Shown here piece after piece: positions 32,676 through 42,620 of a stretch of 64,000 nt of DNA. A program made the translations under genes and the position numbers. The notes beneath the pieces were generated by a model. That model saw only the letters and a list, made by a program, of their open reading frames with translations. It did no database searches and was not told where the DNA came from. Numbering within the stretch: position 1 is the first letter of the stretch; the number at the start of each line of letters is the position of its first letter. Source of the DNA: a virus. The stretch covers positions 31,438-95,437 of the IMG/VR virus record IMGVR_UViG_3300017917_005124, one strand, 5' to 3'.

Positions 32676-32896
32676 TGGATGATAAAGAATTTCATGATAA
32701 GGTAGATAATATGTTTGAGTCAAGACTTAGGAGGTATATTATTAGGATTAAAGATTTGGCAGATGACAAAATTTTGACAGAAAAGGATATGAATTATGAA
32801 AAAGTTCTGTTCGATTCTAATCTTAATATATATAAAGTAATTGATGGAGTTCCAACTCTGGTTGAGAACAAAAACTTTAAGGCCTTATTATTATAA
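32675..32896 (+). CDS. small hypothetical protein
   Basis: ATG overlaps the methyltransferase stop codon. Confidence 0.65.
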   Translation: MDDKEFHDKVDNMFESRLRRYIIRIKDLADDKILTEKDMNYEKVLFDSNLNIYKVIDGVPTLVENKNFKALLL

Positions 32897-32899
32897 AAC

Positions 32900-32928
32900 A
32901 AAAAAAGAGGCTAAATTAGCCTCTTTTT
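32900..32928. terminator. bidirectional terminator
   Basis: AAAAAAAGAGGCTA/TAGCCTCTTTTT between convergent genes. Confidence 0.8.
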
Positions 32929-32941
32929 AAAATTATATTAT

Positions 32942-34291
32942 TTATTTTAATCTTTTTAAAACTCTTTGCATAAGCAAATCTATATCAATACCCTCGAACA
33001 TTCCTGCAGATTTCTCTTCTTCTGGAGATGAAGGCAACACAGGTTCAATTTGTTGATATTTTCCGTGAGACTTAGCTTTTTCTGTAACTTTCTCTAATTC
33101 ATCATCAGCATTAAGTATAGCCTCTAATTCATCTTTCATGCCTTTAGATTTAAGGTCAGAAATAACTTGTACTTTATTCTTTGCGCTGCTGAATTGAGGT
33201 AATTTAAGTCCTACTACAGCAAGGGCATCTGAAAGTTCTTTTTGAGCAGCTTCCATTTCTGGGGTTGCTTGTCTTATCATCTTAGAAAATCCTCCAAACT
33301 CAGGCTTCATAGCAGACGTTTGTTTAAGTTTTTTAGGGTCAATATTAGATAAATTAAAATCAACTCCATATATATGAGAAATCATATCACTAATTTCTTG
33401 AGCTTCAGAGCTATTTACAAGTCTTGAAAATTCTTGAGTAACAAGTCGTGGTTCTTTGAAATACTCTGGATAATCATTAGCTATATCTTCTGGAGAATCT
33501 CCAGCTAAAATGCCTTTAAAAGCTGCCATTCTTCTCTTTCCCATTTCATTACCATCAGCTTCAAATTTGTTATCAAGCCATTGTGTTACATCTTTTAGTA
33601 TCTGCCATTTTTTTGAATTTTCTTTCTCTTGAGAATAACCCCTTTCCATAGCAGTCTCAGGATTGATAGTCATTGAGGCTATTTTATCTCCAAACGTAGT
33701 CCCGCCTTCATCTCCAATTGGTTCATCAAATCTACTAGCTTTTAATTCTCCGCCTACAGCATCTAAAGAGCTACCACCATCTCCTGTTCCTCTATAGCCT
33801 TTTACAAGATAGTTGTATACCTTGTTTTTCATATCTTGCACAAATATTGCACCAAGATTTGTTCCACTCTTGTAGTTATCTAATATTTTATCAAAATTAT
33901 TTAAGACTACTTGTTCATATGCTGAAGCAACTGCATCATCTAAATCTTGATTTTTATAAAATTTACTTCCACCAATTGCATGCTTAATTTCAGAGCCAGG
34001 GTAAGGGTACATAGAGGCTTGAATAGCTTTTTTTGTTTTTGGACTTTTAGTTTTTTTATAATCAGCAATAAGTATATTGATTATTTTATCAAAATTCTTC
34101 TTACTATTCATATCCTGAGCCTCAAAGTCATAGTCAATAGGAGTCCCACGCTCAATAGCATTTTTAACAAGTTTAGGAACATCTTCATCTCTTATACCTC
34201 TTACTTTTAATGCTTCAGGAGCCTCATTTATCATCTCTTTATACAACTCTTCAAATGCCTCAGATATAAGGCTTCTAATGTCTTTATTCAT
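32942..34291 (-). CDS. divergent sigma70/ECF-like protein with an IRxLISE N-terminal motif
   Basis: Region-2-like DLDDAVASAY...LGAIFVQDMKNKVYNYL, region-3.2-like SRFDEPIGDEGGTTFGDKI, HTH-like GDSPEDIA. Confidence 0.5.
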   Translation of the reverse strand: MNKDIRSLISEAFEELYKEMINEAPEALKVRGIRDEDVPKLVKNAIERGTPIDYDFEAQDMNSKKNFDKIINILIADYKKTKSPKTKKAIQASMYPYPGSEIKHAIGGSKFYKNQDLDDAVASAYEQVVLNNFDKILDNYKSGTNLGAIFVQDMKNKVYNYLVKGYRGTGDGGSSLDAVGGELKASRFDEPIGDEGGTTFGDKIASMTINPETAMERGYSQEKENSKKWQILKDVTQWLDNKFEADGNEMGKRRMAAFKGILAGDSPEDIANDYPEYFKEPRLVTQEFSRLVNSSEAQEISDMISHIYGVDFNLSNIDPKKLKQTSAMKPEFGGFSKMIRQATPEMEAAQKELSDALAVVGLKLPQFSSAKNKVQVISDLKSKGMKDELEAILNADDELEKVTEKAKSHGKYQQIEPVLPSSPEEEKSAGMFEGIDIDLLMQRVLKRLK

Positions 34292-34419
34292 TTTTTTTAA
34301 ATTATTAATTGTTTGTTTCTAATAAATATTAAAAAAAAACTTAAATAAAATTTGTATAATAATCATAATATTTATATATTTGCTTTAATTAACTATTAAG
34401 TAACAAAAATTATTAAAAA

Positions 34420-34920
34420 ATGAGTGGGTACAATAAAGTTATCTTGAAGGGCACATTAGGTGCTGATGCGGATGTTAAATTGCTTGATAATGGCAATAGC
34501 GTTGCAAGTGTTTCAATCGCAGTAAATGAATCTTATATTGATAAGAGTACTGGGGAGAGAAAAAATAAGGTTGAATGGTTTAAGATTGAGGCTTGGAGGG
34601 GCTTAGCTACATTCCTTGGTCAATATGGTAAAAAAGGGACTGAATTTTTAGTTGAGGGTAAGCTTAAAAATGAATCTTGGGAAAAAGAAGGTCAAACACA
34701 TCGTTCAGTTAAAGTAGTTGCTGACCAAGTTATTTTCACAAATTCCAAGGCCAACTCAACAGCACCAGTAGCTCAAGCAGCACCAGTAGCTCAAGCAGCA
34801 CCAGTAGCTCAAGCAGCACCTGTAGCTCAAGCAGCACCTGTAGCTCAAGCAGCACCTGTAGTTTCTAGTTCAGAATTTATTGTCGGAATGCAAAATGCAG
34901 ACGATGATTTTCCTTTTTAA
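34420..34920 (+). CDS. ssb: single-stranded DNA-binding protein
   Basis: NKVILKGTLGAD, VEWFKIEAW, VEGKL, acidic tail DDDFPF. Confidence 0.95.
   Translation: MSGYNKVILKGTLGADADVKLLDNGNSVASVSIAVNESYIDKSTGERKNKVEWFKIEAWRGLATFLGQYGKKGTEFLVEGKLKNESWEKEGQTHRSVKVVADQVIFTNSKANSTAPVAQAAPVAQAAPVAQAAPVAQAAPVAQAAPVVSSSEFIVGMQNADDDFPF
34762..34860 (+). repeat. 18-bp tandem repeat (APVAQA x5.5) in the SSB linker
   Basis: GCACC(A/T)GTAGCTCAAGCA repeated. Confidence 0.95.
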
Positions 34921-34930
34921 AAACAAAAAT

Positions 34931-34963
34931 AAAAAAGGCCAGAATTAAATTCTGGCCTTTTTT
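34931..34963. terminator. bidirectional terminator
   Basis: AAAAAAGGCCAGAATT/AATTCTGGCCTTTTTT. Confidence 0.85.
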
Positions 34964-35006
34964 ATTTTTTAAAGAAATCACTACCACTAAATGTATGATA
35001 GGTATT

Positions 35007-35435
35007 TTATTTTTCTCCTGGTGCTAAATCGCTATGTGAATTATCGCCTATATTATGTTTTAATTTAAAGTTGGAAATTAATTTTATAAGAAAAGAAGTG
35101 GGTCTACCCTGAGTTTCGTTGTTTGGTCTAAGGCTATCTAAGTGTTTCATGGTCCATTTATTTGGTTTGCCACTTGGAAGTATATATTGTTCATTGTTGT
35201 GATACCACCTATCTTTATACCAAACATAAAGAGGGTGTTGTTCTCCATACGAGTACGCTGCATACATTTCGCCAAGGTCACCTAAATCTTCGCCATAAGT
35301 ATGTGAACCAACAAAATTTCTTTTATTTCTAACTTCTTCTGCTGCATCTTTGTTTGAAATTCTTTCTTCTTGAAAAATTTCTTCTTGAAAAATTCGAAGA
35401 AATTCTTCTCTTATGATATTTCTAATTTCATTCAT
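35007..35435 (-). CDS. hypothetical protein (IRNIIREE N-terminal motif)
   Basis: 142 aa; TATTTATA box upstream on the minus strand. Confidence 0.8.
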   Translation of the reverse strand: MNEIRNIIREEFLRIFQEEIFQEERISNKDAAEEVRNKRNFVGSHTYGEDLGDLGEMYAAYSYGEQHPLYVWYKDRWYHNNEQYILPSGKPNKWTMKHLDSLRPNNETQGRPTSFLIKLISNFKLKHNIGDNSHSDLAPGEK

Positions 35436-35511
35436 AGATAAATATTTTTTATAAATAGTTTATAAAAAGGAAATGTAAATACATTTTTTTTTAAATTTAA
35501 TATAAATATAA

Positions 35512-35539
35512 TGAAACTTTTTTTTAATTAAATCGTATA
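35512..35539 (+). promoter_or_regulatory. ECF-type promoter TGAAAC-N16-CGTATA
   Basis: Exact motif ending 7 nt before ATG 35547. Confidence 0.7.
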
Positions 35540-35546
35540 TTAAAAC

Positions 35547-35930
35547 ATGAATATATTTTACAGAATTAAGAGGTTAAGAGTTAAGATTAGAAACTCAAGT
35601 AAGAAAAAATTAGAGCTAGACGAAGTTCAGCAAAAAGCTTATGATATTTTTATTAAAATGATAAGTGAAAAAGGTAGTGATTTAGATTATGACACTTTAG
35701 GTCGTAGAACTATTGAAAATGGAAATAATTATGTGTCAATAAAAAAAAATCACATATTTATTGTTAGTGATTCTCTTACTGATAATGTTTTTGTTGATGA
35801 TATTACAATGGGTAATATAATTGAAAAGTTTGATGCAAAAATTATTAGAAAAATAGATAATCGTGAAAAAATAGCTCTGTCAAAAGTAAAGAAGAATTTA
35901 GATTTTATATTAAATTCAATTTCTAAATAA
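35547..35930 (+). CDS. hypothetical protein
   Basis: 127 aa with its own promoter and a terminator at about 35931-35972. Confidence 0.75.
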   Translation: MNIFYRIKRLRVKIRNSSKKKLELDEVQQKAYDIFIKMISEKGSDLDYDTLGRRTIENGNNYVSIKKNHIFIVSDSLTDNVFVDDITMGNIIEKFDAKIIRKIDNREKIALSKVKKNLDFILNSISK

Positions 35931-36088
35931 AAAAATAAAACACCAAGCTTTATAGTTTGGTGTTTTATTTTTGTGTAAAAATGTATAATATATAATTGTT
36001 TTTTTTTGTATTTTTACATATATTTATGATAAAATTAGATATATTCGCATAATTAAGTTAATTTGTGATTTAATTTATTAAAAAAATT

Positions 36089-37444
36089 ATGAAAAAATTA
36101 TTTAAAAAATATTTCTGGACTTACATAATAGTATTTGCAGCATTGGGACTTTCTGGTTCTGCTGCATATTTTTCAATTAGTGGTCTATCTAAATTGTTTG
36201 CAGGAGCCTCAACTCAAATTATAATAATGGCATCTTTTATTGAGTTAGCTAAGATAATAACAACAGCTGCTCTTCATAGATATTGGGATAGTGTTGACAG
36301 AATTTTAAAATGGGTCCTTTCTATTATGGTAGTTGTAGTTATGCTTATTACTAGTTCTGGTATATATGGCTTCTTGGCTGATGCATATACAAAGACGTCT
36401 ACTGAAATGGATAAAATAGATGGGGAAATTTCTCTTATAGAAAACAAAAAGGAACAAAAGAAGTCTCAAATATTAAGTCTTGAGAGTGTAAAGAATTCTA
36501 AAGACAAGAGGATTAGCTCCTTGATAAGTATAAGAGGTCAACAAGAATCTAGAATTGATGCTCTATATGAAAAAAATAGAGGAATTAAGGGCGCACAATC
36601 AATGATTCAGCAATCTAATTCTGAAATAAAAACTCTACAAACTGAAATAGATACTTTAGTGGCGAAAATTGAAAGAATTAATTCTGAAATAGGCCAAATG
36701 GATATAGAAATTTTAGATTTAAAAAATTCAGATGTAGCTTCAGAAATAGGACCTCTTAAATATATGTCAAATGTTGTTGGAAAACCAATGGAGAGTATAA
36801 TAAATTGGTTTATTATGATGATTATTTTCGTTTTCGACCCTTTGGCTATATTGTTGATTATAATGGCAAATAATGTATATGACAAAGCTTCTATTAAGGA
36901 GAGTGGCGAGGATAATTCGAGTAAAGTAGATAATACAAATTTGGTTGTTGATGATAATATGGAAATTGAAGAACTTTTTTTAGGTGATGTTGACGTTAAT
37001 TCTAATAAGAGTGATGATTCAGAACTTCAAAATAAACCTTCAATTGATGACATTGAGTTATATGAAGAACACCCCTCAAAAGAAAAAAAAGCAGAGGTGG
37101 TTGAATATATAGAGGGTGAAGATGGTAGCTTCAAAAGAAGTATTGAAAATAAGGAAGATATGTCTTCTGTTATAAGGGGAATAGATTCAAATCCATTATA
37201 TTTAAAATTATTAGATATTTTCTTTTTAGATGGACAAAGAAAAGTGGGAGATGTAATACCTCCTTATGATGTTTTTTTAAAAGACGTTAGAAATAGTGGC
37301 GTTGATTGTCAAGAAAAGATAATAAAAAATTTTTTAACAATCTCTAATTTGTTAGGAATTGTTAATATGACAGATAAGAATAGTGTTAAGATAATTAAAG
37401 ATTACGAATCATCTAAGCAAATTATATCACTTGTTTCTAAGTGA
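36089..37444 (+). CDS. membrane protein with a long coiled coil
   Basis: Three N-terminal TM segments, coiled coil, EIGPLKY, TM IFVFDPLAI, acidic tail. Confidence 0.8.
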   Translation: MKKLFKKYFWTYIIVFAALGLSGSAAYFSISGLSKLFAGASTQIIIMASFIELAKIITTAALHRYWDSVDRILKWVLSIMVVVVMLITSSGIYGFLADAYTKTSTEMDKIDGEISLIENKKEQKKSQILSLESVKNSKDKRISSLISIRGQQESRIDALYEKNRGIKGAQSMIQQSNSEIKTLQTEIDTLVAKIERINSEIGQMDIEILDLKNSDVASEIGPLKYMSNVVGKPMESIINWFIMMIIFVFDPLAILLIIMANNVYDKASIKESGEDNSSKVDNTNLVVDDNMEIEELFLGDVDVNSNKSDDSELQNKPSIDDIELYEEHPSKEKKAEVVEYIEGEDGSFKRSIENKEDMSSVIRGIDSNPLYLKLLDIFFLDGQRKVGDVIPPYDVFLKDVRNSGVDCQEKIIKNFLTISNLLGIVNMTDKNSVKIIKDYESSKQIISLVSK

Positions 37445-37556
37445 AAAAAAGACAAGCTATATAGCTTGTCTTTTTTTTATTAATATTTTTTTATTATATT
37501 GATTATAGCTATAATTTATATTTTTCTTTTAATTATTTATAATAAACACATAAGTC

Positions 37557-37760
37557 ATGAAATTGGTATCTAAAACAATAGAAAAAGTGGTTATAGAATT
37601 AACTACATATGAAATAGAGAATAATGGATTTGAGTACTGCTGGGATAAGATTAGAAGAACATATAAATCTGAGGATTATGATGTTGAATCTATTAGAGCT
37701 TCTAGTAGTAATAAAAATATAATTTTTATAGAATTAATATCTAATAAGACTAAAAAATAA
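37557..37760 (+). CDS. small hypothetical protein
   Basis: TATTTATA at 37534 precedes the ATG. Confidence 0.65.
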   Translation: MKLVSKTIEKVVIELTTYEIENNGFEYCWDKIRRTYKSEDYDVESIRASSSNKNIIFIELISNKTKK

Positions 37761-37843
37761 TTTTTCATTTAATATCTTTGTTTTCTTTTATTTTTAAAAT
37801 AAAATTATTAAATTTGTTTTAAACACAAATAAAAATAATTATA

Positions 37844-39190
37844 ATGGATAGAAGAGCGTTTGGGCCTGAAGATGAAGATGAATCAAGTATTGATAAAGTA
37901 AAGAAAAATAGCAAAAGCGAAACTCCAATTTTAGACCACTACGGAAAAGACTTAACTGAAATAGCAAAAAAAGGGGGTCTTGACCCAGTTGTGGGAAGGG
38001 ATTCAGAAATAGATAAGTTAATTCAAATTCTAAATAAGAGAAGGAAAAATAATCCTGTTCTTGTTGGAGAATCTGGTGTTGGTAAGACAGCAGTTGTAGA
38101 AGGGCTTGCTATTAGAATTGCAAACAAACAGGTTGACAGATGGCTCTTTAACAAGAGGGTTATTGAATTGAACTTTACTAGCATTGTTTCTGGGACAAAA
38201 TATAGAGGTGAGTTTGAACAGAGAATGGAGGATATTCTTAAGGAAGCTAAAAATAGTCCTAATGTTATAATTTTCATTGATGAGTTGCATAATGTGGTTG
38301 GAGCTGGTAGTGCATCAGGTTCAATGGATGCGTCAAATATTATTAAACCAGCTCTTGCAAGGGGTGAAATTAAAGTTATAGGGGCTACAACAGTTGATGA
38401 ATATAAGAAAATTATAGAGAGTGATAGCGCCCTTGAGAGAAGATTTCAAAAAATATATATAAATATACCATCTAAGGAGGATACTCTTTTGATACTTAAG
38501 CAATTAAGAGATAGATATGAGGATTATCATAATGTGGTATATAGTGATGAGGTTCTTGAAAAGTGTGTTGAATTTACTGATAGGTATATTAATTACAGAA
38601 ATTTCCCAGATAAGGCTATTGATGCAATGGATGAAGTTGGTTCTATAGTTAAGCTGAAAAATACAGTGGTCCCAGATAGTATTAAGAAATTAGAAAAGGA
38701 ATTAGGCAGTATTATCTCTAGCAAGAAAGATGCAGCTAAGAGTCAAAAATATGAAGATGCAGCTAAGTTTAGAGACAAAGAAAGGGAGATGAATAAAAAA
38801 ATTGAGGATGAAAGGGTTAAGTGGGAAGAAAAATTAAAAAAGAATAAAATAAATGTAACAACTCAGCATGTAGCTGAAGTGATATCTGGATATACTGGAA
38901 TTCCACTTATAAAGTTAACTGACGATGAAAATAAAAAGCTTGTTGGTATGCAAGAGTTTTTATCAAAAAAAGTTATAGGCCAAGAAGAGGCTGTGACTAA
39001 GGTGTGTGAGGCAATACAGCGCTCAAGACTTGGGCTTCAAGACCCAAATAAGCCAATTGCATCATTTTTATTGCTTGGCTCAACAGGTGTTGGTAAGTGT
39101 ATTTGTTCTGATACTCAAATAGTTATTAGAAATAAGGCAACTGGATTGACAGAAATTTTATCAATAGAAGAATTAAAAAAAAGAACTTAA
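37844..39190 (+). CDS. clpC: ClpC-like ATPase, N-terminal part, fused to a 30-aa split-intein N-fragment
   Basis: NBD1 GESGVGKT, FIDELH, ALERRFQ; UVR-like YEDAAKFRDKE; NBD2 Walker A GSTGVGK followed by CICSDTQIVIR...SIEEL then stop. Confidence 0.92.
   Translation: MDRRAFGPEDEDESSIDKVKKNSKSETPILDHYGKDLTEIAKKGGLDPVVGRDSEIDKLIQILNKRRKNNPVLVGESGVGKTAVVEGLAIRIANKQVDRWLFNKRVIELNFTSIVSGTKYRGEFEQRMEDILKEAKNSPNVIIFIDELHNVVGAGSASGSMDASNIIKPALARGEIKVIGATTVDEYKKIIESDSALERRFQKIYINIPSKEDTLLILKQLRDRYEDYHNVVYSDEVLEKCVEFTDRYINYRNFPDKAIDAMDEVGSIVKLKNTVVPDSIKKLEKELGSIISSKKDAAKSQKYEDAAKFRDKEREMNKKIEDERVKWEEKLKKNKINVTTQHVAEVISGYTGIPLIKLTDDENKKLVGMQEFLSKKVIGQEEAVTKVCEAIQRSRLGLQDPNKPIASFLLLGSTGVGKCICSDTQIVIRNKATGLTEILSIEELKKRT
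39098..39187 (+). mobile_element. split intein N-fragment (IntN, 30 aa)
   Basis: Block A-like CICSDTQIVIRN directly after the Walker A Lys. Confidence 0.88.
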
Positions 39191-39278
39191 TACTATTCCC
39201 AATTCCTTTGCTGCCTAAAATACCTTAACTACTTATTGGAAAAACATTTTTTAAAACTATTTGTAGTAGAATTAAAAA

Positions 39279-40853
39279 ATGTTTTTTATGATTATCATAT
39301 ATAATAGAAAGAGAGTTGAATTTATAGATTTGTTCCCTATGGTTAACTTGTTTGTTAATTATTTAAAAGAAAATTACTCTTCATTAAATTTTAGTAATAA
39401 AGAATTTTATAAAAAAATAATTAAAGCATATGATTTCTTTTCACAGGTAGATGACGTAGTTCAATATACTAGGTTGACTAGGTATCTGCATAAGGGTTTT
39501 AATTTTAGTTATAAAAATATTACCAAGAAAGAATTTTGGATTGAGAGGGGTTGGTCAGAGCAAGAATCTGCAGATATTATGCGAGAGGATAAATTAAAAA
39601 GAGTAAATAAACAAATTATTACACAACAAGAAAAAAATAAAAATAAGAATGAGTTAAAATTAGACAATACATTAAAAGAATTTAGATTTATATCTGGTAA
39701 ATTCTTTTCTTCAGAATATCCAAAGTGTAATCATTGTAAAAATGAATTATTATTAAAAAAAATTAATATAAATAATTTAGATGACAAATTTTATTATAAA
39801 ATTATAAAATGTTCAAATGAAGAGTGTAAGACTAATTATATGAATAAAAAAGATAAATACATGTCATTTTTGCCAATAGATATTGCAGAAGAAATTTTAA
39901 CAAAATTTTCAGAACAAGCTAAAGAAAGAAGTATATTATCTATTGAAAGTTGGATTAAAAAAGGTTTATCAAAAAAAGAGGCAAAGATTGAGGTTTTTAA
40001 TATACAATCAGAAAATTCTAAGAAAGTAAAAAATAGATTTGTAGCATCAAAGGAGAATTTAAAAAAACTTGGAAAAACTGAAGAAGAGATAATAAATATT
40101 TGTACGACTCCAACTCAAATTGATTTTTGGATTAAAAAAGGGTTATCTAAAGAAGAGTCAATAATTAAAATAAGAACCCTCCAAGAAGAAGCAAGTCGAA
40201 AGTTTGCTAAAAAGAGGGTAGATAATCCAGGATTATATTCTGCTGTAACTCAAACTCAAATTGGATATTGGTTGAATAAGGGTTTTTCAGAAGAAGAGGC
40301 AAGGGGCAGGTTGTCAGAAAGACAGTTAACTTTTAGTTTAGATATTTGTATAGAGAAATATGGGGAAGAAGAAGGTAGGAGAATATTTAATGAGAGGCAA
40401 AATAAGTGGAATAAGTCATTAAATGAAGGTGGAAATTTAAAAATAGGCTATTCCAAGTGTTCTCAGGATTTATTTAATTCTTTAATTGAGAGTTATAGTT
40501 TTGAAGAATTAGATGATGTTTTATTTGCTACAAAAGGTGGTGAATTTAAAATACAAAGAGAAGAAGGTGGGATTTGGATGTATGATTTCGTTGATTTGAA
40601 TAGAAAAAAAATAATTGAATATCATGGAGATATGTATCATGGAAATCCGAAAAAATATTCTGCTGGAGATTTCCCTCACCCTTTTAGAAAAAATATAACC
40701 GCACAAGAGATGTGGGATAAAGATGGGTTAAAAATAAAAAATGCTGAGGAACAAGGGTTTAAGGTGTTTATTGTTTGGGATTCAGAATATAGGTGGGGAA
40801 ATAAACAAAAAGTTATTGATAAGTGTCTTGATTTTTTGGATATTAACAAATAA
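39279..40853 (+). CDS. free-standing Vsr/DUF559-like homing endonuclease
   Basis: Repeated WxxKG(L/F)SxEEA helices. C-terminal YDFVDLNRKKIIEYHGDMYHGNP...GFKVFIVWDSE. Confidence 0.8.
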   Translation: MFFMIIIYNRKRVEFIDLFPMVNLFVNYLKENYSSLNFSNKEFYKKIIKAYDFFSQVDDVVQYTRLTRYLHKGFNFSYKNITKKEFWIERGWSEQESADIMREDKLKRVNKQIITQQEKNKNKNELKLDNTLKEFRFISGKFFSSEYPKCNHCKNELLLKKININNLDDKFYYKIIKCSNEECKTNYMNKKDKYMSFLPIDIAEEILTKFSEQAKERSILSIESWIKKGLSKKEAKIEVFNIQSENSKKVKNRFVASKENLKKLGKTEEEIINICTTPTQIDFWIKKGLSKEESIIKIRTLQEEASRKFAKKRVDNPGLYSAVTQTQIGYWLNKGFSEEEARGRLSERQLTFSLDICIEKYGEEEGRRIFNERQNKWNKSLNEGGNLKIGYSKCSQDLFNSLIESYSFEELDDVLFATKGGEFKIQREEGGIWMYDFVDLNRKKIIEYHGDMYHGNPKKYSAGDFPHPFRKNITAQEMWDKDGLKIKNAEEQGFKVFIVWDSEYRWGNKQKVIDKCLDFLDINK

Positions 40854-40870
40854 ATAAGTAAATTTGAAGT

Positions 40871-41299
40871 ATGAATAATAAAGAAGTAAGCGATAAGCCA
40901 CAATTATTCTTTTTTGATAAAAAAGAATTTGATGGATTTAAAAAGATAATTGAAACTAAAAAAATTAGTGATTATGAAGTATTAACAGATGATGGTTTTG
41001 TTGGAATTGAAAATTTGCATACAACAACCGAGTACCAAGTTTATGAGTTAAAGACAAAATCTGGTAAAACATTAAAATGTGCAGATAATCATATTGTTTT
41101 TGATTATAATATGAATGAAGTGTTTGTGATAAATCTATCTGTTGGAGATTTAATATTTTCAAAAAATGAAAATAATGAATTATCATTAGAAGAGGTAGAA
41201 CATGTTATTGATTTAGGATACAAGGAAGAGATGTATGATTTAGAATTAGACTCTGATTCTAATAGAAGGTATTTTACAAACGGAATTCTTTCTCATAAT
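40871..41299 (+). mobile_element. split intein C-fragment (IntC)
   Basis: Contains blocks B, F and G; ends HN with Thr+1 at 41300. Confidence 0.9.
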
Positions 41300-42064
41300 A
41301 CTCATCTTGCAAAACAACTATCAAGTTTTATGTTTCATAAGGAAGATGCGTTTATAAGGTTTGATATGAGTGAATATATGGAAAAATTCACTATTTCAAA
41401 ATTAATTGGTTCCCCTCCAGGTTATATAGGTTACGAAGAAAAGGGCATACTTACGGAGGCTGTTAAAAATAAACCATATTCAATATTATTGTTTGATGAA
41501 ATTGAAAAGGCGCACCCAGATATTTTTAATATATTTTTACAAATACTTGATGATGGTATTTTAACTGATTCATCGGGTAGAGAAATAAATTTCAAGAATT
41601 GTATAATCATTATGACATCGAATATTGGTACAGATAAAATAATGGGAAAGAAAACTCTTGGCTTTGGTGTTGCTAATGATGAGCATTCAGATATAACTTC
41701 TATTGTTGGTGATGAGCTTAAAAAATACTTAAGACCAGAGCTTATAAATAGAATTGATGAAAAAATAGTATTTAAACCTCTTACTCAAGATAATATATCT
41801 AAGATTGTGGATATTGAAATTGATAAGACAATTAAAAGAATATCTGAAAAAGGGTATGATATTATAATTTCTAAGAGCGTAAGGGATTATATAGTTGAGA
41901 TTGGGTATGACAAAGAGTATGGTGCAAGGCCTCTTAAAAGAGCTATTACTACGAATATAGAAAATGTAATCTCTCAATGTATACTTAAAAATGACATTAA
42001 AGATGGCGATAAGATTAAATTATCTTATGATAAAAAAAATAAAAAAGTCATAGCAAAAATATGA
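40871..42064 (+). CDS. clpC: split intein C-fragment (143 aa) fused to the ClpC C-terminal part
   Basis: YEVLTDDGF, CADNH, MYDL, GILSHN|THLAK, then RFDMSEY, GSPPGYIGY, LLFDEIEKAH, LGF loop, GARPLKR. Confidence 0.92.
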   Translation: MNNKEVSDKPQLFFFDKKEFDGFKKIIETKKISDYEVLTDDGFVGIENLHTTTEYQVYELKTKSGKTLKCADNHIVFDYNMNEVFVINLSVGDLIFSKNENNELSLEEVEHVIDLGYKEEMYDLELDSDSNRRYFTNGILSHNTHLAKQLSSFMFHKEDAFIRFDMSEYMEKFTISKLIGSPPGYIGYEEKGILTEAVKNKPYSILLFDEIEKAHPDIFNIFLQILDDGILTDSSGREINFKNCIIIMTSNIGTDKIMGKKTLGFGVANDEHSDITSIVGDELKKYLRPELINRIDEKIVFKPLTQDNISKIVDIEIDKTIKRISEKGYDIIISKSVRDYIVEIGYDKEYGARPLKRAITTNIENVISQCILKNDIKDGDKIKLSYDKKNKKVIAKI

Positions 42065-42618
42065 GAACCTTAAAGATAGATTTAGGTGGTAGAATTATTA
42101 TTGACAATTCTCCAGTTGATATAAACCAGCTGGAGAACAAGTCAGAATTTATATCTAGCATATTAACTTTAGATTTAGAGCTTGCAGATAATATTAGTGT
42201 TGCTGATATTATTCATTTTTTTTATGACGTAAGAGAGCTTATTAAGGATGTATTATCTGAAGAGTATGAATCAGTGAGAGCAATGGTTGTTTCATCTGTT
42301 TTACCTAGAAATTATAAAGCACTTAGAGTGTATAAGTCGTTTAAAATAGAAAAAGAAGGGAGTGATGATGAAGAGTTTATATACTTAATTCCAGAAATAG
42401 AAATAATTCCATGTGAATCAATGGAGGAAGGAGTTAGTAATATCGGAAATCTACCGATTATAATAGATGAAAATATAATTCTTATAAATGAAGATTTTAA
42501 CACAGGTAAAAATGTTACAATAAAATCTAAGTCAAAAATAAGTTTATTTGACCTTATGAGATGTATTTTTGATGAGCTCCCTGCTTTAATTAAAGATGGT
42601 ATGATATTTGCTTATTAA
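42061..42618 (+). CDS. hypothetical acidic protein
   Basis: 185 aa; ATGA overlap with the clpC C-part. Confidence 0.75.
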   Translation: MRTLKIDLGGRIIIDNSPVDINQLENKSEFISSILTLDLELADNISVADIIHFFYDVRELIKDVLSEEYESVRAMVVSSVLPRNYKALRVYKSFKIEKEGSDDEEFIYLIPEIEIIPCESMEEGVSNIGNLPIIIDENIILINEDFNTGKNVTIKSKSKISLFDLMRCIFDELPALIKDGMIFAY

Positions 42619-42620
42619 GT

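Noticed and set aside
39191-40870. Group I intron interrupting clpC
   Set aside because: The flanks are short, no intron core is recognisable, and both halves carry complementary intein blocks and their own starts.
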